Positions 23,870-37,705 of a stretch of DNA of 64,000 bases are shown here, piece after piece. The stretch lies in the NCBI RefSeq assembly GCF_036321535.1, contig NC_087436.1, positions 67,458,001 through 67,522,000 of the forward strand, written 5' to 3'. Below the pieces are notes generated by a model that saw only the letters and a list, made by a program, of their open reading frames with translations, did not search any database and was not told where the DNA came from. This DNA comes from Camelus dromedarius (taxonomy: Eukaryota). The position numbers and the translations under genes are program-made. Every line of letters begins with the position of its first letter. The first letter of the stretch is position 1.

Positions 23870-24330
23870 TTTAATTTTTTACGCTGAAGTAAAGATTATT
23901 TTACTGAAAAACCAGTGCAAATTATGTGTACAGTGGCAGAGAATTGAACAGGGTGGATCTACCATTGCAATCAGGATTACCAGCTCCCTGGAAACCTGCC
24001 CCCAAATCTGCTATATCTACCTCTCCCAAAATAACCACTAACCTATTTCTAATACCTTCAATTACTCAGAGCTGTTTTGAAATTTTTGTAAAACGAATCA
24101 TATAATATATATTCTTTGTCTGACATCTTTTGCAGAGTGCTTTGTTTGTGAGATCCATTTGTTTTGTGTATTTCTATTTGTTGATTTCATTGTTGTACAG
24201 CATTTTACTGTATGCATATGCAATGAAGTATATCAGTTCTTCTCTGGATAGACTTTTCTGCTGTTTGTTGTTGGAGGCAATTAAAAATATAACTTCCCCG
24301 AATGTTCTTACTCATATTTATATGTGCCTT
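23870..24330 (-). mobile_element. L1ME-type 3' end
   Basis: ataaccactaacc...gaatcatataatatatattctttg...tgagatccatt. Confidence 0.6.
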
Positions 24331-24344
24331 ATACGTGTCACTAA

Positions 24345-25395
24345 ACAAAAATGAAGAACTAAGTTGGAGAACTTACACAACCAGATTTTAAGAATTACTA
24401 TAAAGGTATAATATTTAAGACAATATAGAACTGGCATAAATTTAGACAAATAATTCAATGAGATAGAATAGAATCCAGGAACAAACACACCAATATGCTC
24501 ATTTGATTTATAACATAGGCACCACTGTAAATTCAATGTGTGTATAGTGAGCTTTTCAATGAATGGTGCTGCAGCAATTTGATGTACATAAGAAAACACA
24601 AAAATTCATGCTCACCAAGTGATATGACTGAGAAATAACTGAGAAAGTATTTTAAAAAGTCAGACTTGGGGAAGATGCATTATCTCTATGTAACAAAGGA
24701 TCCTATGTATGTATATACACACACATATATACACAATACACACAAATATATTCATTTATACATATAATTATTATATACTCATTGCATATATATATGTACA
24801 TATATATATATTATAAAATGAGTGCAAACAAGTGAAAAAAAACTTTTCTAAATGGGGAAAGAACTGAACAGACTTCACAAGAAAATACTGAAAGAGCTCA
24901 TAATTTTTTTTAAAAAAACTACTGGACATCATTCATTATCTAAGAAACACAAATTAAAACTATGATGATATAGTGCTATACAGGCATTAGAATGACAAAA
25001 ATTAAAAATATGTCAAATACCCACTATTGATAAGGACAAGGAGCAACTGGAACTCTCACACATTGTTCATAAGTAGGTAAAATGGTACAAACACTTTGGA
25101 AAGCTAGTTGTTCCTACATTTGACATGTGATCAGCAATTCTACTCAAAGTTATAGTCCCAAGAAAAACAAGAGCATGAGTCCACAAAAATACTTGCACAA
25201 GACATGCATTGAAGATGTATTTATACTAACTAAAAAACTAGAAACAAAGCAAACAGCAAAAGAGAATGGATAGTTTAGTAAATAAATTACAGCCTGCATA
25301 AAAATAACAGAATAAGAGTACACGGCAACATGAAGAAATAAGTGAATGTTACATAGGATAAGATGGATGAAGCTCACAAACAAAAGCATACATAG
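24345..25395 (+). mobile_element. Old L1M ORF2 3' part, interrupted by the 25.4-29.2 kb L1 and resuming at ~29173-29415
   Basis: aagttggagaacttacacaaccagattt, ggagcaactggaactctcacacattg, aatggtacaaacactttggaaa. Confidence 0.7.
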
Positions 25396-25399
25396 TTTT

Positions 25400-25905
25400 T
25401 TGTTGTTTTGGGGACTCTGGGCTTAGTGCTTTATTCTAATATTCCAACAATTATCATTATCCTTTTGTTTAATTTTTATTGAAGTATAGTTGATTTATAT
25501 ATATTAGTTTCAGATACGCAGCACAGTGATTCAGTATTTTTACAGTTTATACTCTATTATAAGAAAGGGACTATAATTCACTATGCTATACAACATATCT
25601 TTGTTGCTTACCTATTTTATATGTAGTAGTTTGTATCTCTTAATCCCACACCCCTTACACGCCCCTCCCTCCCTGCCCTCTCTCCACTGGTAACCACTAG
25701 TTTGTTTTCTATATCTGTGTGTCTATTTCTGTTTTGCTACGTAACCTCATTAGTATTATTTTTTTAGATTTCACATATAAGTGATACCATGCAGTATCCA
25801 TCTTTCTACGTCTGACTTATTTCACTAAGCATGATATTCTCTGTGTCTAACCATGTTTCTACAAATGGCAGAATTTCATTCCTTTTGTGACTGAGTAATA
25901 TTCCA

Positions 25906-25950
<45 letters not shown>

Positions 25951-28900
25951 CCATCATCTTAATCCATTTGTCTGTTGTTGGACATTAGGGTTGCTTCCAT
26001 ATCTTGGCTATTGTAAATAGTGTTGGAATGAGCATCATGGTGTATGTTTCTTTTCAAATTAATGTTTTTATTTTTTTCTGGGTATATACCTGAGAGTGAA
26101 ATCATTGGGCCATATGGTGGTTCTATTTTTAGTTTTTTGAGGAGCCTCCACATTGTTTTCCATAGTGGTTGCACCAATTGACATTCTCATGAATAGCATA
26201 CAAAGGTTCCCGTTTATCCACATCCTCTCCAACATTTATTATTGGCAAACTTATTGATGATAGCCATTCTGACAGGTGTGGGGTGGTATCTCATTGTTTT
26301 GATTTGCATTTCTCTAATAATTAATGATGTTGAGTATCTTTTCATTTGCCTGTTAGCCCACTGAATTTCTTCTTTGGAAGAATGTCTATTCATGTCTTCT
26401 CATTTCCTGATTGGGTTGTTTATTTTTTGACATGGAGTTATATAAGTTACTTATATATTTTGGATATTATTCCCTTGTGAGTTGTATCATTTGCAAATAA
26501 TTTCTCCCATTCTGTTGCTATGCAAAAGCTTATAAGTTTAATTATGTCCCAGTTGCTTGTTTTTTCATGTATTTCTTTTGACTTATGAGATTGATCCAAA
26601 AAACATTGCTATGATTTATGTCAAAGAGTGTTCTATGTTCTTTTCAAGAGTTTTATGGTTTCAGGTCTTATATTTAGATTTTTAATTCAGTTGAGTTTAA
26701 TTTTATGTATGATGTGAGGAAATATTCTAATCTCATTCTTTTACTTGGAGCTGTCCAGTTTCCCCAGCACCACTTATTGAAGAAACTGTCTTTTCTCCAT
26801 TGTATGTCCTTGTGTCGTTTGTCACAGATCAGTTGACTAGTTGTGTGGGTTTATTTCTGGGCTCTCTGTTATCTTCCATTGATCTATATGTCTGGGGTTT
26901 TGGGGTGTTTTTTTTTGCCAGTACCATGCTGCTTTGATTACTGTAGCTTTGTAGAATAGTCTGAAGTCAAGGAGCATGATACCTCCAGCTTTATTCTTTT
27001 TTCTCAAGATTGATTTGGCAATTTAGGGTCTTTTCTGGTTGGTTGCTTTTAGATTTGAGTATTTGTTCTCATTCTGTGAAAAATATCACAGACACTGATA
27101 GAGACTACATTAAATCTGTAGATAGGTTTTGGTGTATGGCCACTTTAACAATATTAATTCCTCCAATCCAAGAATGTGGAATAGCTCTTAATTTCTTTGT
27201 ATTATCTTCAATTTCCTTCATCATTGTTTTATAGTTTTCAGGGTGTAGGTTTTTTACCTCCTTGGTTAAGTTTATTTCTAGGTTTTTTACTCTTTTTGGT
27301 CTGATTTTAAATGATTTTTTTAACTTTTTCTCTTCCTGATAGTTTCTTATTGGTGTATAGAAAAGCAGCAGATTTCTATATATTAATCTTATATCTTGCA
27401 ATGTTGCTGAATTCATTTATTCTAATAGTTTTGGGGTAGAGATTTTAGGGTTTTTTACATAAAGTATCATGTTATCTGCAAGTAGTGACAGTTTTACTTC
27501 TCTTCCAATTTGGATACCTTTCATTTCTTTTTCTTGATTGCTTGGTTAGGACTTCAAATCCTTTGTTAAATAGAAATGGCAAGTGTGGGCATCTTTCTCA
27601 TGTTCCTAAATTTAGAGGATCCATTGCATATGATGTTAGCTGTGTATTTATAAATATTTATAAATATTTATAAATGACCTTTATTATGTTGAGACATGTT
27701 CCCTCTATACCCACTTAGAGTGTTTTTATCATGAGTGGGTATTGAATTTTTTCAAATGCTTTTGCTATATCTACTGAGATGATCATGTGGCTTTTATCCT
27801 TCCTTTTGTTAATGAGGCGTATCATATTGATTTATTTGCAAATACTGAATCATGCTTATGTCCCTGGAGTAAATCCCACTATCCCCTGGAATATATAAAA
27901 TGACTTATGATTTGTTTTCCATATTATTGGAGTCAGTTTGCTAATATTTTGAGGATTTTTGTATCTATATTAAAAGATATTGGACTGTAGTTTTCTTTTT
28001 TTATAGTATCTTTGTCTGGTTTTGGCATCAGGGTAATGGTGACCTTGTAGAATGAAATTGGGAGTTTTCCCCTCTGTTCAATATTTTGAAATAGTTTGAA
28101 AAGGATAGGTATTAGTTCCTCTTTATATTTTTGGTAGAATTCCCCTGTGAAGCAATCTGATCCTGGGCTTTTGTTTGCTGAGAGATTTTTATTACAAATT
28201 CAATTTTATTAATATTTATTTATTATCCCTAAGATCTCTTAAATAATTTTCATTTTCTTAAAATTTTGTTTTTCTTTTTGTTGCTCTCATTGGGTAATTT
28301 CCATTGTTCTATCTTCCAGATCACTTATGCAGCCTTGGGTGCAAGTCCACTTTGTTCCTTAATGTTGATCAGTGCCTCCAGCCTCTGTTGCCCCTGCCCT
28401 GCTGTGAAATCACTCTGTGGGGCAGGCAGGATCTGTGTGACATCTTGGTTTATATTGGTGGTGGCAGGGTGAGCTGTGTTGGAGTGTCTGCCATGAGGGA
28501 TCTGGGCTTCTTCTGAGGTGCTGCTTGAGTAAGCACCAATAGTGGCCACTGCCATCCTATCCAGGCACAGCTCTGGGATTGGGTCACTTCTGTATCCAGA
28601 GGTCAAGTCTTTTCCCTGATCTTAACCACCCTAGATCCAGTGCTGCATGGTGACTTGGAGTGAGCAAGGCTGGAGCACTCACTCAGCTTGGGCTGGGTGC
28701 ATGGCAAGGCAGTCATAGGAAGCCAGCAGCCACTGGAGCAGACTTCTTTTTGTCCTTCCTTGGGGACAGTCTTGTAAGTGTGCACTCTTCATAAGTGGTC
28801 CAGACTTCCTCCAGCCCTTCTGTTAGTCTTAGCTGCCCTCCAGCTGCCCAAGGGGCTTTTCTTTCCCATATAAGACCCCAGGACTGCGGTGTCCAATCTT

Positions 28901-29172
28901 TGGGTTGAACTTCTCACTCCCTAGGATGGGTGTGTCTACCTGTGTAATCTCCCTTTTCCTCTGAGCCCTCTCTTTTGGGACAGGTCCTGACCCAATCACT
29001 TTTCTTCCCTTCCTACCCAGTTATGTGTGTATCTTTCTTACAACCTTGGTTGTACAGGAGTCCTTCTGCAGTTTCCAGTGAGAACTATTCCACATGTAGA
29101 TGTATTTTTGATTTGTTTGTTGAGGGAGATGAGTTGTATGTCCTCTTACTCTGCCATCTTGATCTGAGTCTT
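25400..29172 (-). mobile_element. Older cetartiodactyl-type LINE-1 with intact termini but two large internal deletions
   Basis: 5' end GATCAAGATGGCAGAG at ~29164. 5'UTR runs to ~28330, an ORF1 remnant spans ~28220-28330, and degenerate ORF2 RT to 3'UTR spans ~28220-25470. Diverged TSD agcatacatagtttt (25385-25399) and agcatgcgtagtttt (29173-29187). Confidence 0.88.
25907..25947. repeat. (CA)n microsatellite inside L1
   Basis: Direct read. Confidence 0.95.
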
Positions 29173-29499
29173 AGCATGCGTAGTTTTATTCCTATGAAGT
29201 TCAAACACAGTTTGAAGTCAGAATGGATTTACTATTGGTGAGTGCTATAGACTGGGAATGTATAAGAGAAAAATACATAGGGTGCTGAAAACATTCTAAA
29301 TCTTGATCTAAGTGGCGATTAAATAGGTGTTATATATAAAAATATTTGTTTTATATGTGAGATTAGTGAACTTAATGGCTTTTATGAACATTATTTATCA
29401 AACTTAAAATAAACAACCGTTTTGTCTATGTACAAGAAAGGAGAAAAGATTATGTTCTCAGTGGGATTGTGTCTTCCAGTCCAGGTACATAGCCCACCC

Positions 29500-30960
29500 A
29501 TTCATTTGTTTAGGTTCTCTTTACTTTCAATACTTTGTAATTGTTTTCTGATTTGAAAAAAATTGTACAATTTACTAGAATTTCCCCAAGTTTTCAGTTT
29601 GTATTACTTTTATGATATGTTTAAAATTTCTGCAAATGATAGAAAATATTTTTAAAATTTCTGCAAATAATGATAGTTTTAGATTTTTCCTTTTCAATTT
29701 GTCTTTATTTTGCCTGTTTACTTTAGCCAGTAACTTCAAAATGCATCACGCAGAAATGATTATATTGGGTATGCTCTAGTCTACAGAGAAGAGCTTTTAG
29801 CAATTGACCATTAATTATAATTGTTGATATTCTTTGTAGATTTTTTTTTACATGTGAAGGATGTTCTCTTCCAATTTGCTGAGATTCATATTTTTATCAT
29901 GAATATGTATTTAATATTTTTTCAATATTTCATTATTTTTTTCAAATATTTTTTCATGTACCATGAGGAGAATATAATTATTTCCTTATTTTAATATAGT
30001 GACTTATTTATCAGTTTCAATATGATAGATTAGCTGTGGTTTTCTTTTTATTTACCTTACCTGATATTTTTAGGGCTTCTTTATCTTGATCTGTACCTAT
30101 AAGCAGATTTAGAAAAGTCTCTTACATTATCTGTTATGATACTGTGTCTTCCCCATTCTCACATTTTGTCCTCTATGGGAATCTAATTACATGTATGCTA
30201 CTAATTTAATTCTTTCATATGTCTTATCTACACTTGTCCATATTTAGTAAAATTTTGTGCTTTAAATCTTTTATTTCACTCATTTTGTTCTGGTAATATG
30301 ACTGGGGGGACAACGAAAGGGACTGAGTTCACTAGAAGCTGGTTTACAGTTTTGAGTAAAGTACATACATTCTTACTGCTATAGCCCACCTCTACTTCCA
30401 ACTGAAATCTGGGATATATTCTAGGCCCTCTTTTTAAAAAAATTCTTTTGGAAACATCTAACAGTTTTTTTCTACCTCAGCACTAAGAGACTGTGGAAAT
30501 CTCGGCTCTCTCAATCAGTGGCTCTTGATTAACTTCTTATCCTACTGCCCTGTACACCTCAAGGATTTGGCATGCTTCAAGTGGAAACTGGCAGAGTATC
30601 AGTATCGCTTTGTTGGCTTTCCTTCTTATAAGGTAAACACCCATCCCAAGCAATTTCCCGACTACTTTGGCAGCCAGAACTTAAATTTATATCACTCTGC
30701 TCTTGAAATTGTCAACATTCTGCTTCTTAGCTGAAAGCCCTCTGCCTTAACTCACTCTCTAGATTCTTGGCCTTTTCAAGCAAGAGTAAATAATAGCAGT
30801 GGTACTAAGGGGGAAAGTGTCTACAGAATATTGCATCATCTCTTGCCAGGTCCCTTCTCTCTGTGATTTTTGTCCTTTAAATGTTAACTCCATACTTCTC
30901 TGCTTCCACCAAAAACTTTTTTTAAAAACTGGTATCTAACTTTTTAAATTATTTGTAACA
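29500..30960 (-). mobile_element. Highly decayed L1M/L1ME fragments
   Basis: T-rich L1-antisense-like text, e.g. tttttatcatgaat, ccccattctc...ggaatctaattacatgtatg. Confidence 0.5.
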
Positions 30961-31330
30961 ATATTGTTACTCTATTGTCATCATGGAAGAAGAAATCACT
31001 TTACATGACTTTATTTAAATTTTAAATTATTCAACGACTATTCTTAGGATAAATGTCAGATCCAAAGTTGTAGATACACTTAGAAAATTGATATGAATAT
31101 GCTAAAATTCTTCACCATTTTTCTTGTTACTGAGTGGTAAGTATTCAAGAGAATGTAATATGGTAGCCGCTGTATCAATATCATGCTGGAAATAATCAGT
31201 CTGATCCAGGTCTGACACTACTCCATTTGCTTCTCCACATTTCTATAGAACAAGCACTATATTTTAATTTTTATTATATTACCCCCTAAAATATGAATTT
31301 GGGTAAATTCCAGTCCTTTGGAGACATTTT

Positions 31331-32912
31331 TTTAACATTTTTTATTGATTTATAATCATTTTACAATGTTGTGTCAAATTCCAGTGTTCAGCACAATTTT
31401 TCAGTCATTCATAGACATATACACATTCATTGTCACATTTTTTTCTCTGTGAGTTATCATAACATTTTGTGTATATTTCCCTGTGCTATACAGTATAATC
31501 TTGTTTATCTATTCTACAATTTTGAAATCCCAGTCTATCCCTTCCCACCCTCCAACCCCCTGGCAACCACAAGTCTGTATTCTCTGTCTGTCAGTCTATT
31601 TCTGTCCTGTATTTATGCTTTGTTTTTGTTTGTTTGTTTTTGTTTTTGTTTTTTAGATTCCACATATGAGTGATCTCATATGGTATTTTTCTTTCTCCTT
31701 CTGGCTTACTTCACTTAGAATGACATTCTCCAGAAGCATCCATGTTGCTGCAAATGGCATTATGTTGTCGGTTTTTATGGCTGAGTAGTATTCCCTTGTA
31801 TAAATATACCACTTCTTCTTTATCCAGTCACCTGTTGATGGACATTTAGGCTGTTTCCATGTTTTGGCTATTGTAAATAGTGCTGCTATGAACATTGGGG
31901 TGCAGGTGTCATCCTGAAGTAGGGTTCCTTCTGGATACAATTCCTGGGTCATATGGTAAATCTATTCCTAGTCTTTTGAGGAATCTCCACACTGTTTTCC
32001 ATAGTGGCTGCACCAAACTGCATTCCCACCAGCAGTGTAGGAGGGTTCCCTTTTCTCCACAGCCTCTCCAGCATTTGTCATTTGTGGATTTTTGAATGAC
32101 GGCCATTCTGACTGGTGTGAGGTGATACCTCATTATAGTTTTGATTTGCATTTCTCTGATAGTGATATTGAGCATTTTTTCATGTGCCTATTGATCATTT
32201 GTATGTCTTCCTTGGAGAATTGCTTGTTTAGGTCTTCTGCCCATTTTTGGATTGGGTTGTTTGGTTGTTCCTAGTTAAGTCGTATGAGCTGCTTATATAT
32301 TCTGGAGCTCAAGCCTTTGTCGGTTTCACTTGCAAAAATTTTCTCCCATTCCGTAGGTTTTCTTCTTGTTTTACTTCTGGTTTCCTTTGCTGTGCAGAAG
32401 CATTTAAGTTTCATTAGGTCCCATTTGTTTATTCTTGCTTTTATTTCTTCTAGGAGAAAATTTTTGAAATGTATGTCAGATAATGTTTTACCTATGTTTT
32501 CCTCTAGGAGGTTTATTGTATCTTGTCTTTTGTTTAAGTCTTTAATCCATTTTGAGTTGATTTTTGTATATGGTGTAAGGGAATGTTCTAGTTTCATTGC
32601 TTTACATGCTGCTGTCCAGTTTTCCCAACACCATTTGCTGAGGAGACTGTCTTTATTCCATTGTATATTCTTGCCTTCTTTGTCAAAGATTAGTTGACCA
32701 AACGTTTGTGGGTTCATTTCTGGGCTCTCTATTCTGTTCCATTGGTCTATATGTCTGTTTTGGTACCAATACCATGCTGTCTTGATGACTGTAGCTCTAT
32801 AGTATTGTCTGAAGTCTGGGAGAGTTATTCCTCCAGCCTCTTTCTTTCTCTTCAGTAATGCTTTGGCAATTCTAGGTCTTTGATGGTTCCATATAAATTT
32901 TATTATGATTTG
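31331..32912 (-). mobile_element. 5'-truncated young LINE-1, same subfamily as the full-length copy
   Basis: Near-identical to ~14395-15993. Perfect 14-bp TSD tttggagacatttt at 31317-31330 and 32913-32926, with a canonical TT/AAAA nick site on the minus strand. Private small deletions near 31940 and 32160. Confidence 0.97.
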
Positions 32913-35859
32913 TTTGGAGACATTTTAAATATGAGGAGACTTATTGGTCAAGCTAGGATGGGAAAATTAAAGTAGTAAACCTTTCTAATGAATTTCTTAA
33001 CAGTTAACCCCGTAACACTTAAAGCTGTAACACTCAATCACCATCACATAATCAGAACAGCATAAAACTCTTAAATTTTTCTCTGAAAAAAATCACAGAA
33101 ATTAGCAAGTTCTAGTATAGAAGATACAAGCAGAATTGTGAGAACAGAGAAACAAATGCCCTGATTAAGATAAGAAACATTTACATCACTGTTCTGTGTA
33201 TTTAGAAGAATTCTGTTTCCTGGAACAGAACTACAAACATTTAAAAATCTCAATATTAGCCAAAGCATTTCTTCAGCCAGGAAGGTTTTCCTGTGCATTT
33301 ATAAGATAAGCGTCAGTGTTCTTAAGTACACAGTACACAAAGATGATGTCATGATAAGCATAAAAAGTAAAATATTGCCAAGTCATTAATTATGAAAGAA
33401 ATATCTCTTAGAAACTGCTTGGATGACGTCAGCAAAAAGAAGAAGGGAAAAAGCCAAGATGCATTGGTATAGAAGAGTTCCAGTCCTAAAGAAAAGCTAA
33501 GAGAAAATGTTAGGTAGAATTACAATCAGTAGGAAAAGAGGAATTTGAATATATTTCCCAGGAGAAAGAGGGAGAGCAGGCAAAGCAGTACAGATGAAAT
33601 GGAAAGCAAGAATTGTGTTAAAATTGGAGGAAATGTAATAGATTGTGTAAGTGCCAGACAGCTTCTCATAATCAAGCCCAAAATCATGTTTCTTGTTTGA
33701 AGTTTACCAACTCGATCTGAAGTTTTACACTTTTCAGAAAATTTTCTGTATTTGTATATGTGTAATTTAATGTAATTATCAAGTCAGAAGAAGAGTTGGA
33801 AATATTACAAAGTAGTACCATGTCTCCAGAAGTAAAAATTTTCAGTTTTTTAGTGTTAAGTCTTTTCACTTCTAACATGTTCTTACCTTTATGACTTACT
33901 GATCAAAAATTGAGAAAAATAGAAACTAAGAAAGAATAGTATGCTTAGTGACTTCGGTCCCTGTTTTATTTTTGACCTCTAACTTTAATCAGGGCAATGG
34001 GTTATAGAGTTTTAGCAAGGATAAGAGGCTCATGAATCCTCAAGCGTATGAAATACCTGCCTTTAATACTGCCCCTGGAGTTACTGACTTCTAGATGTAA
34101 GGTTGTTTTATTTGCAAGCCTTGCTAGAAGAAAAAAAGACATGGTTCTAGCAATCTTGTCAGAAACCATGTACTTAGGAAATTTTCAGCTCAATTTTGTA
34201 GCTGTAGCATATCATGTCTGTATAAGGTCTAAGAGTTTATCTGAAATGAGCTTCTGAACCTTTCAAGGTTTCTAACATAGTTTTAGTACAAAACAAATTT
34301 TCTTTTTCATGGTCTAGAATGTGGAAATACCTTCTCAGTGAACCAATATCAAACATGACAGTCTGGTATTAGCAAAACATTTATTTTTTCTAAAAACCCA
34401 TCAATCAAAGAAATGAAAGTTAGGAGATTTTATGGACTGTACCTAAATGCCAGTGTGCTAATGGATTTTTGTCAATACTGAATACAATTATGAGTCACTG
34501 TATGGCATATATATGTGTTCTCTTTGTAAAGCAAAATTATTTTACTCTTAAATAAAGACAACCTTTTTTGTTAATTCCACAGTGCCTCCTGTATCAGTTC
34601 AGAGTATCACTGCCCTTAGAGTGAAATAAAGATCATTAGTTTTTTGTAAATTCAGTTTAATGCTCAGATTACATGTTATATGGGAAGATGTGGGTAAAGA
34701 TATCAAATTATGACAAAAAATAATGATTGGAAAAATAGTCCTTATAAATTCATTCATTTTAACTGATTAACAAGCATTTGGAAGTGATTCTAGATTTGCA
34801 GAATAAAGTCAAAGATAATATATGCAGTTCTTATATTCCCTCCATTCAGCTTCTTCTAATTTTATTTTACATAATCACAGTGCATTTATCAAAACTAAGA
34901 AGTTAATATTATTGCAGCATTAAACTACAAATTTTCTTTGAATCCCAACAGTTTCTCCACCAATATCCTTTTTCTGTTACTGCATCCAATCCAGGATACC
35001 ACGTTGCAATTTGTTATTATGTCTCCTTAATCTCTCTAACCTGAGATAGTGCCTTACTTTTTAAAATTTTTTTATGACCTTGACACTTTTGAAGAGTATT
35101 GGTCAGGTATTTTGTGGAAAATCCTAAAAATGCTTTGTCTGATGTTTTCTCATGATTAGACAAGGGGTATGGGTTTGAGGATAAAGACCGCAAAAGTGAA
35201 GTGCCATTCTCATCACATCATGTTGGGGAACTCATGATATCAATGTGACTTTACTGGTGATACTAAACTTGACTGGTTAAGGTAGGGTTTGCCTGTACTC
35301 TCCACTGTAAAAAATTTACTATTTTTTTTTTTCCATACTCTGTTCTACAGAGTTGAGTCACTAAGTTTATCTGTCCCATACTGGTGGAGGGATGTGGGGG
35401 AGGGAAGGTATTAAATGACACCTCCTAGAGGAGAGAGCATCAGAATATACTATTTTATATTCTGTAAGGCTGAGTTGTCCCTTCTCCCCATTTTATTTAT
35501 TTATTTATTCATTCATTCATTCATTCATTCATTCATTCATATTTTGTGTGTATGTTTGTACCAGTTTTCTTCTTTTTAATTATAGTCAGTTTACAATTCT
35601 GTGTCAGTTTCTGGTGTACAGCATAATGTTTCAGTCATACATTTATTTTTAATTATAAAAAGTCCCCATTTATGTTTAGTCATTATTTTGTATCAGTATG
35701 GTATCACATCTGTTTATTCTATTTGAGTTCTATAACACTGTTGTTATTTATATTTTTGCTCAAATTTCTCCAAGTTTGACAAGTAAGAGGTCTCTCGTGT
35801 TGGCCCCTATGTCCATTTAACCTATCCCATTACATTTACTTGTTTGTTTTCTTTCTTTT

Positions 35860-37070
35860 GTTTTATTGGAGCATATTTCACATAACATTGCATAGGTTTA
35901 AGGTAGACAACATGTTGATTATGATATATTTATATATTAGAGTAGGGTTGTCATTGTAGTGTTAACTAGTCCCTCTATCACATCATATAATTATCATTTC
36001 TCTTTTTCTGGTCAGAATAATTAAGTTATAGGCTGTTAGCAAGTTTGATATTTACAGTACAGTATTATTACCTATAATCATAGTGTGCATGAGATCTCGA
36101 GGACTGAATTTATCTACTAGTTGCAAGTTTGTAACCTTAAACAATATCTCTCCTATTTCCCCATCCCCAAGTCACTGGTAACTACCATTTTACTTTTTTT
36201 TTTTTTAGTGAGGTTTTTTTTTTTTTTTAATTCTGCATATTAGTGGAAATTCAGTACTTGTCTGCCTGACTTATCTTACTTAGAATAATGTCCTAATGAC
36301 CTATCATTGTTGTCACTGGCAAGATTTCTTTCTTGAGTAATATTCAACTGTAGCATGTGTGTATACATGTCATATTTTTTATCTATTCAACTATTGGTGT
36401 GCACTTAGTGTGTTTCTATATCATAAACATGGAGATGCACAAACCTCTTCAATTCCCTGTTTTTATTTCCTTTGACTATATACCCAGAAATGGAATTGTA
36501 GGGACATATGATAGTGCTGCTTTTAGTTTTTTAGAAACTGCCATACTGTTTTCCATATGACTGAACCAGTTTATGTTCCCACCGACAGTGTTCAGGGTTC
36601 CCTTTTTCCACATTCTCACTGATAACTTACTATCATCTTCTCAATGATTGCCATCTTAACAGGTGTGAGATGATATCACATTTTGGTGTTGATTTGCATT
36701 TTCCTGATAATTAGGAATTTTGAGCTTCTTTGCATGTACATGTTGGACATTTGGATGTCTTCTTTGGTTTTCCAAGTCTGTTGAATTCCTCTGCCCATTT
36801 TTTCAATCAGGTTGTTTGTTTTTTGTTATCAAGTTGTATGAGTTTTAAAATACTTTTTGGATATTAACCCCTTAGCTAATACATGGCTTGTAAATGTTAT
36901 TTTTCTTATTACGTAGGTTGCTTTTTCATTTTGTTGATTGTTTCTTATGTTGTACGGAAGCTTTTCAGTTTAATGTAGTCCCATGTATTGATTTTTTTGC
37001 TTTTGTTTTTTGTGCTTTTGGTGTCATATTCAAAAAATTAATGCCAAGACCAGTGTCGAAGAGCTTTTTC
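35860..37070 (-). mobile_element. L1MA-type (L1MA9-like) truncated element nested in the L1MC
   Basis: 3'UTR aacattgcataggtttaaggtagacaacatgttgat, followed by ORF2 C-terminal antisense sequence. Confidence 0.75.
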
Positions 37071-37564
37071 TTACTTAAAATCTTGTATTTTCCTTGCCCC
37101 ATGTCCGAGTTTATTGTAATGCATAATAGTACTGGGAGAGTTAAGATCTAGGAATGGGTATACTCGTTACCTGAGTGTCATCACTTCTAGATCCTCTCAC
37201 TGACAGAGCAAGCAAATAAAGCTGTATATACTAATGTGCACACACACACACAGCCATCTGTATCACACGTATCTATATTGCCTTTCTCCATCTGTCATCT
37301 GTCACTCTGTTAACCTTTCATGATCTGTCATCTCTCTATACTAAAATAAACGTGAGTTCATACAGATCCTCAATTCTAATCCAGCACCAAGAGGTTCATC
37401 CCCTTCCTCTTATTCCTTCTCTGATGGTGAAAAACCTGGCTCCCATTATCTATAATTTCTAAAAATTATATACTTATTTTTTCAGTCTTGGATATAATAC
37501 GAAATAATTTCAGAGTTGGTAACCCATATCTCTATGTGTAAAAATAAAAAATTATAAGCTGGGA

Positions 37565-37705
37565 TAGGGGTTGGTTAACTTTTTCTGGAAGGAGCTAGAT
37601 TTACATTTTACATTTTAAACTGTAAAACCATTCTTAGCTTGCCGGCCATATAAACAAAGGTAGTGGCTAGATTTAGTTCACGAGACAGTTTGCTAACACC
37701 TGAAA
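37565..37705 (+). mobile_element. MER58-like hAT-Charlie element
   Basis: aggggttggttaactttttctg...aaaaccattcttagct...gtttgctaacacctg. Confidence 0.65.
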
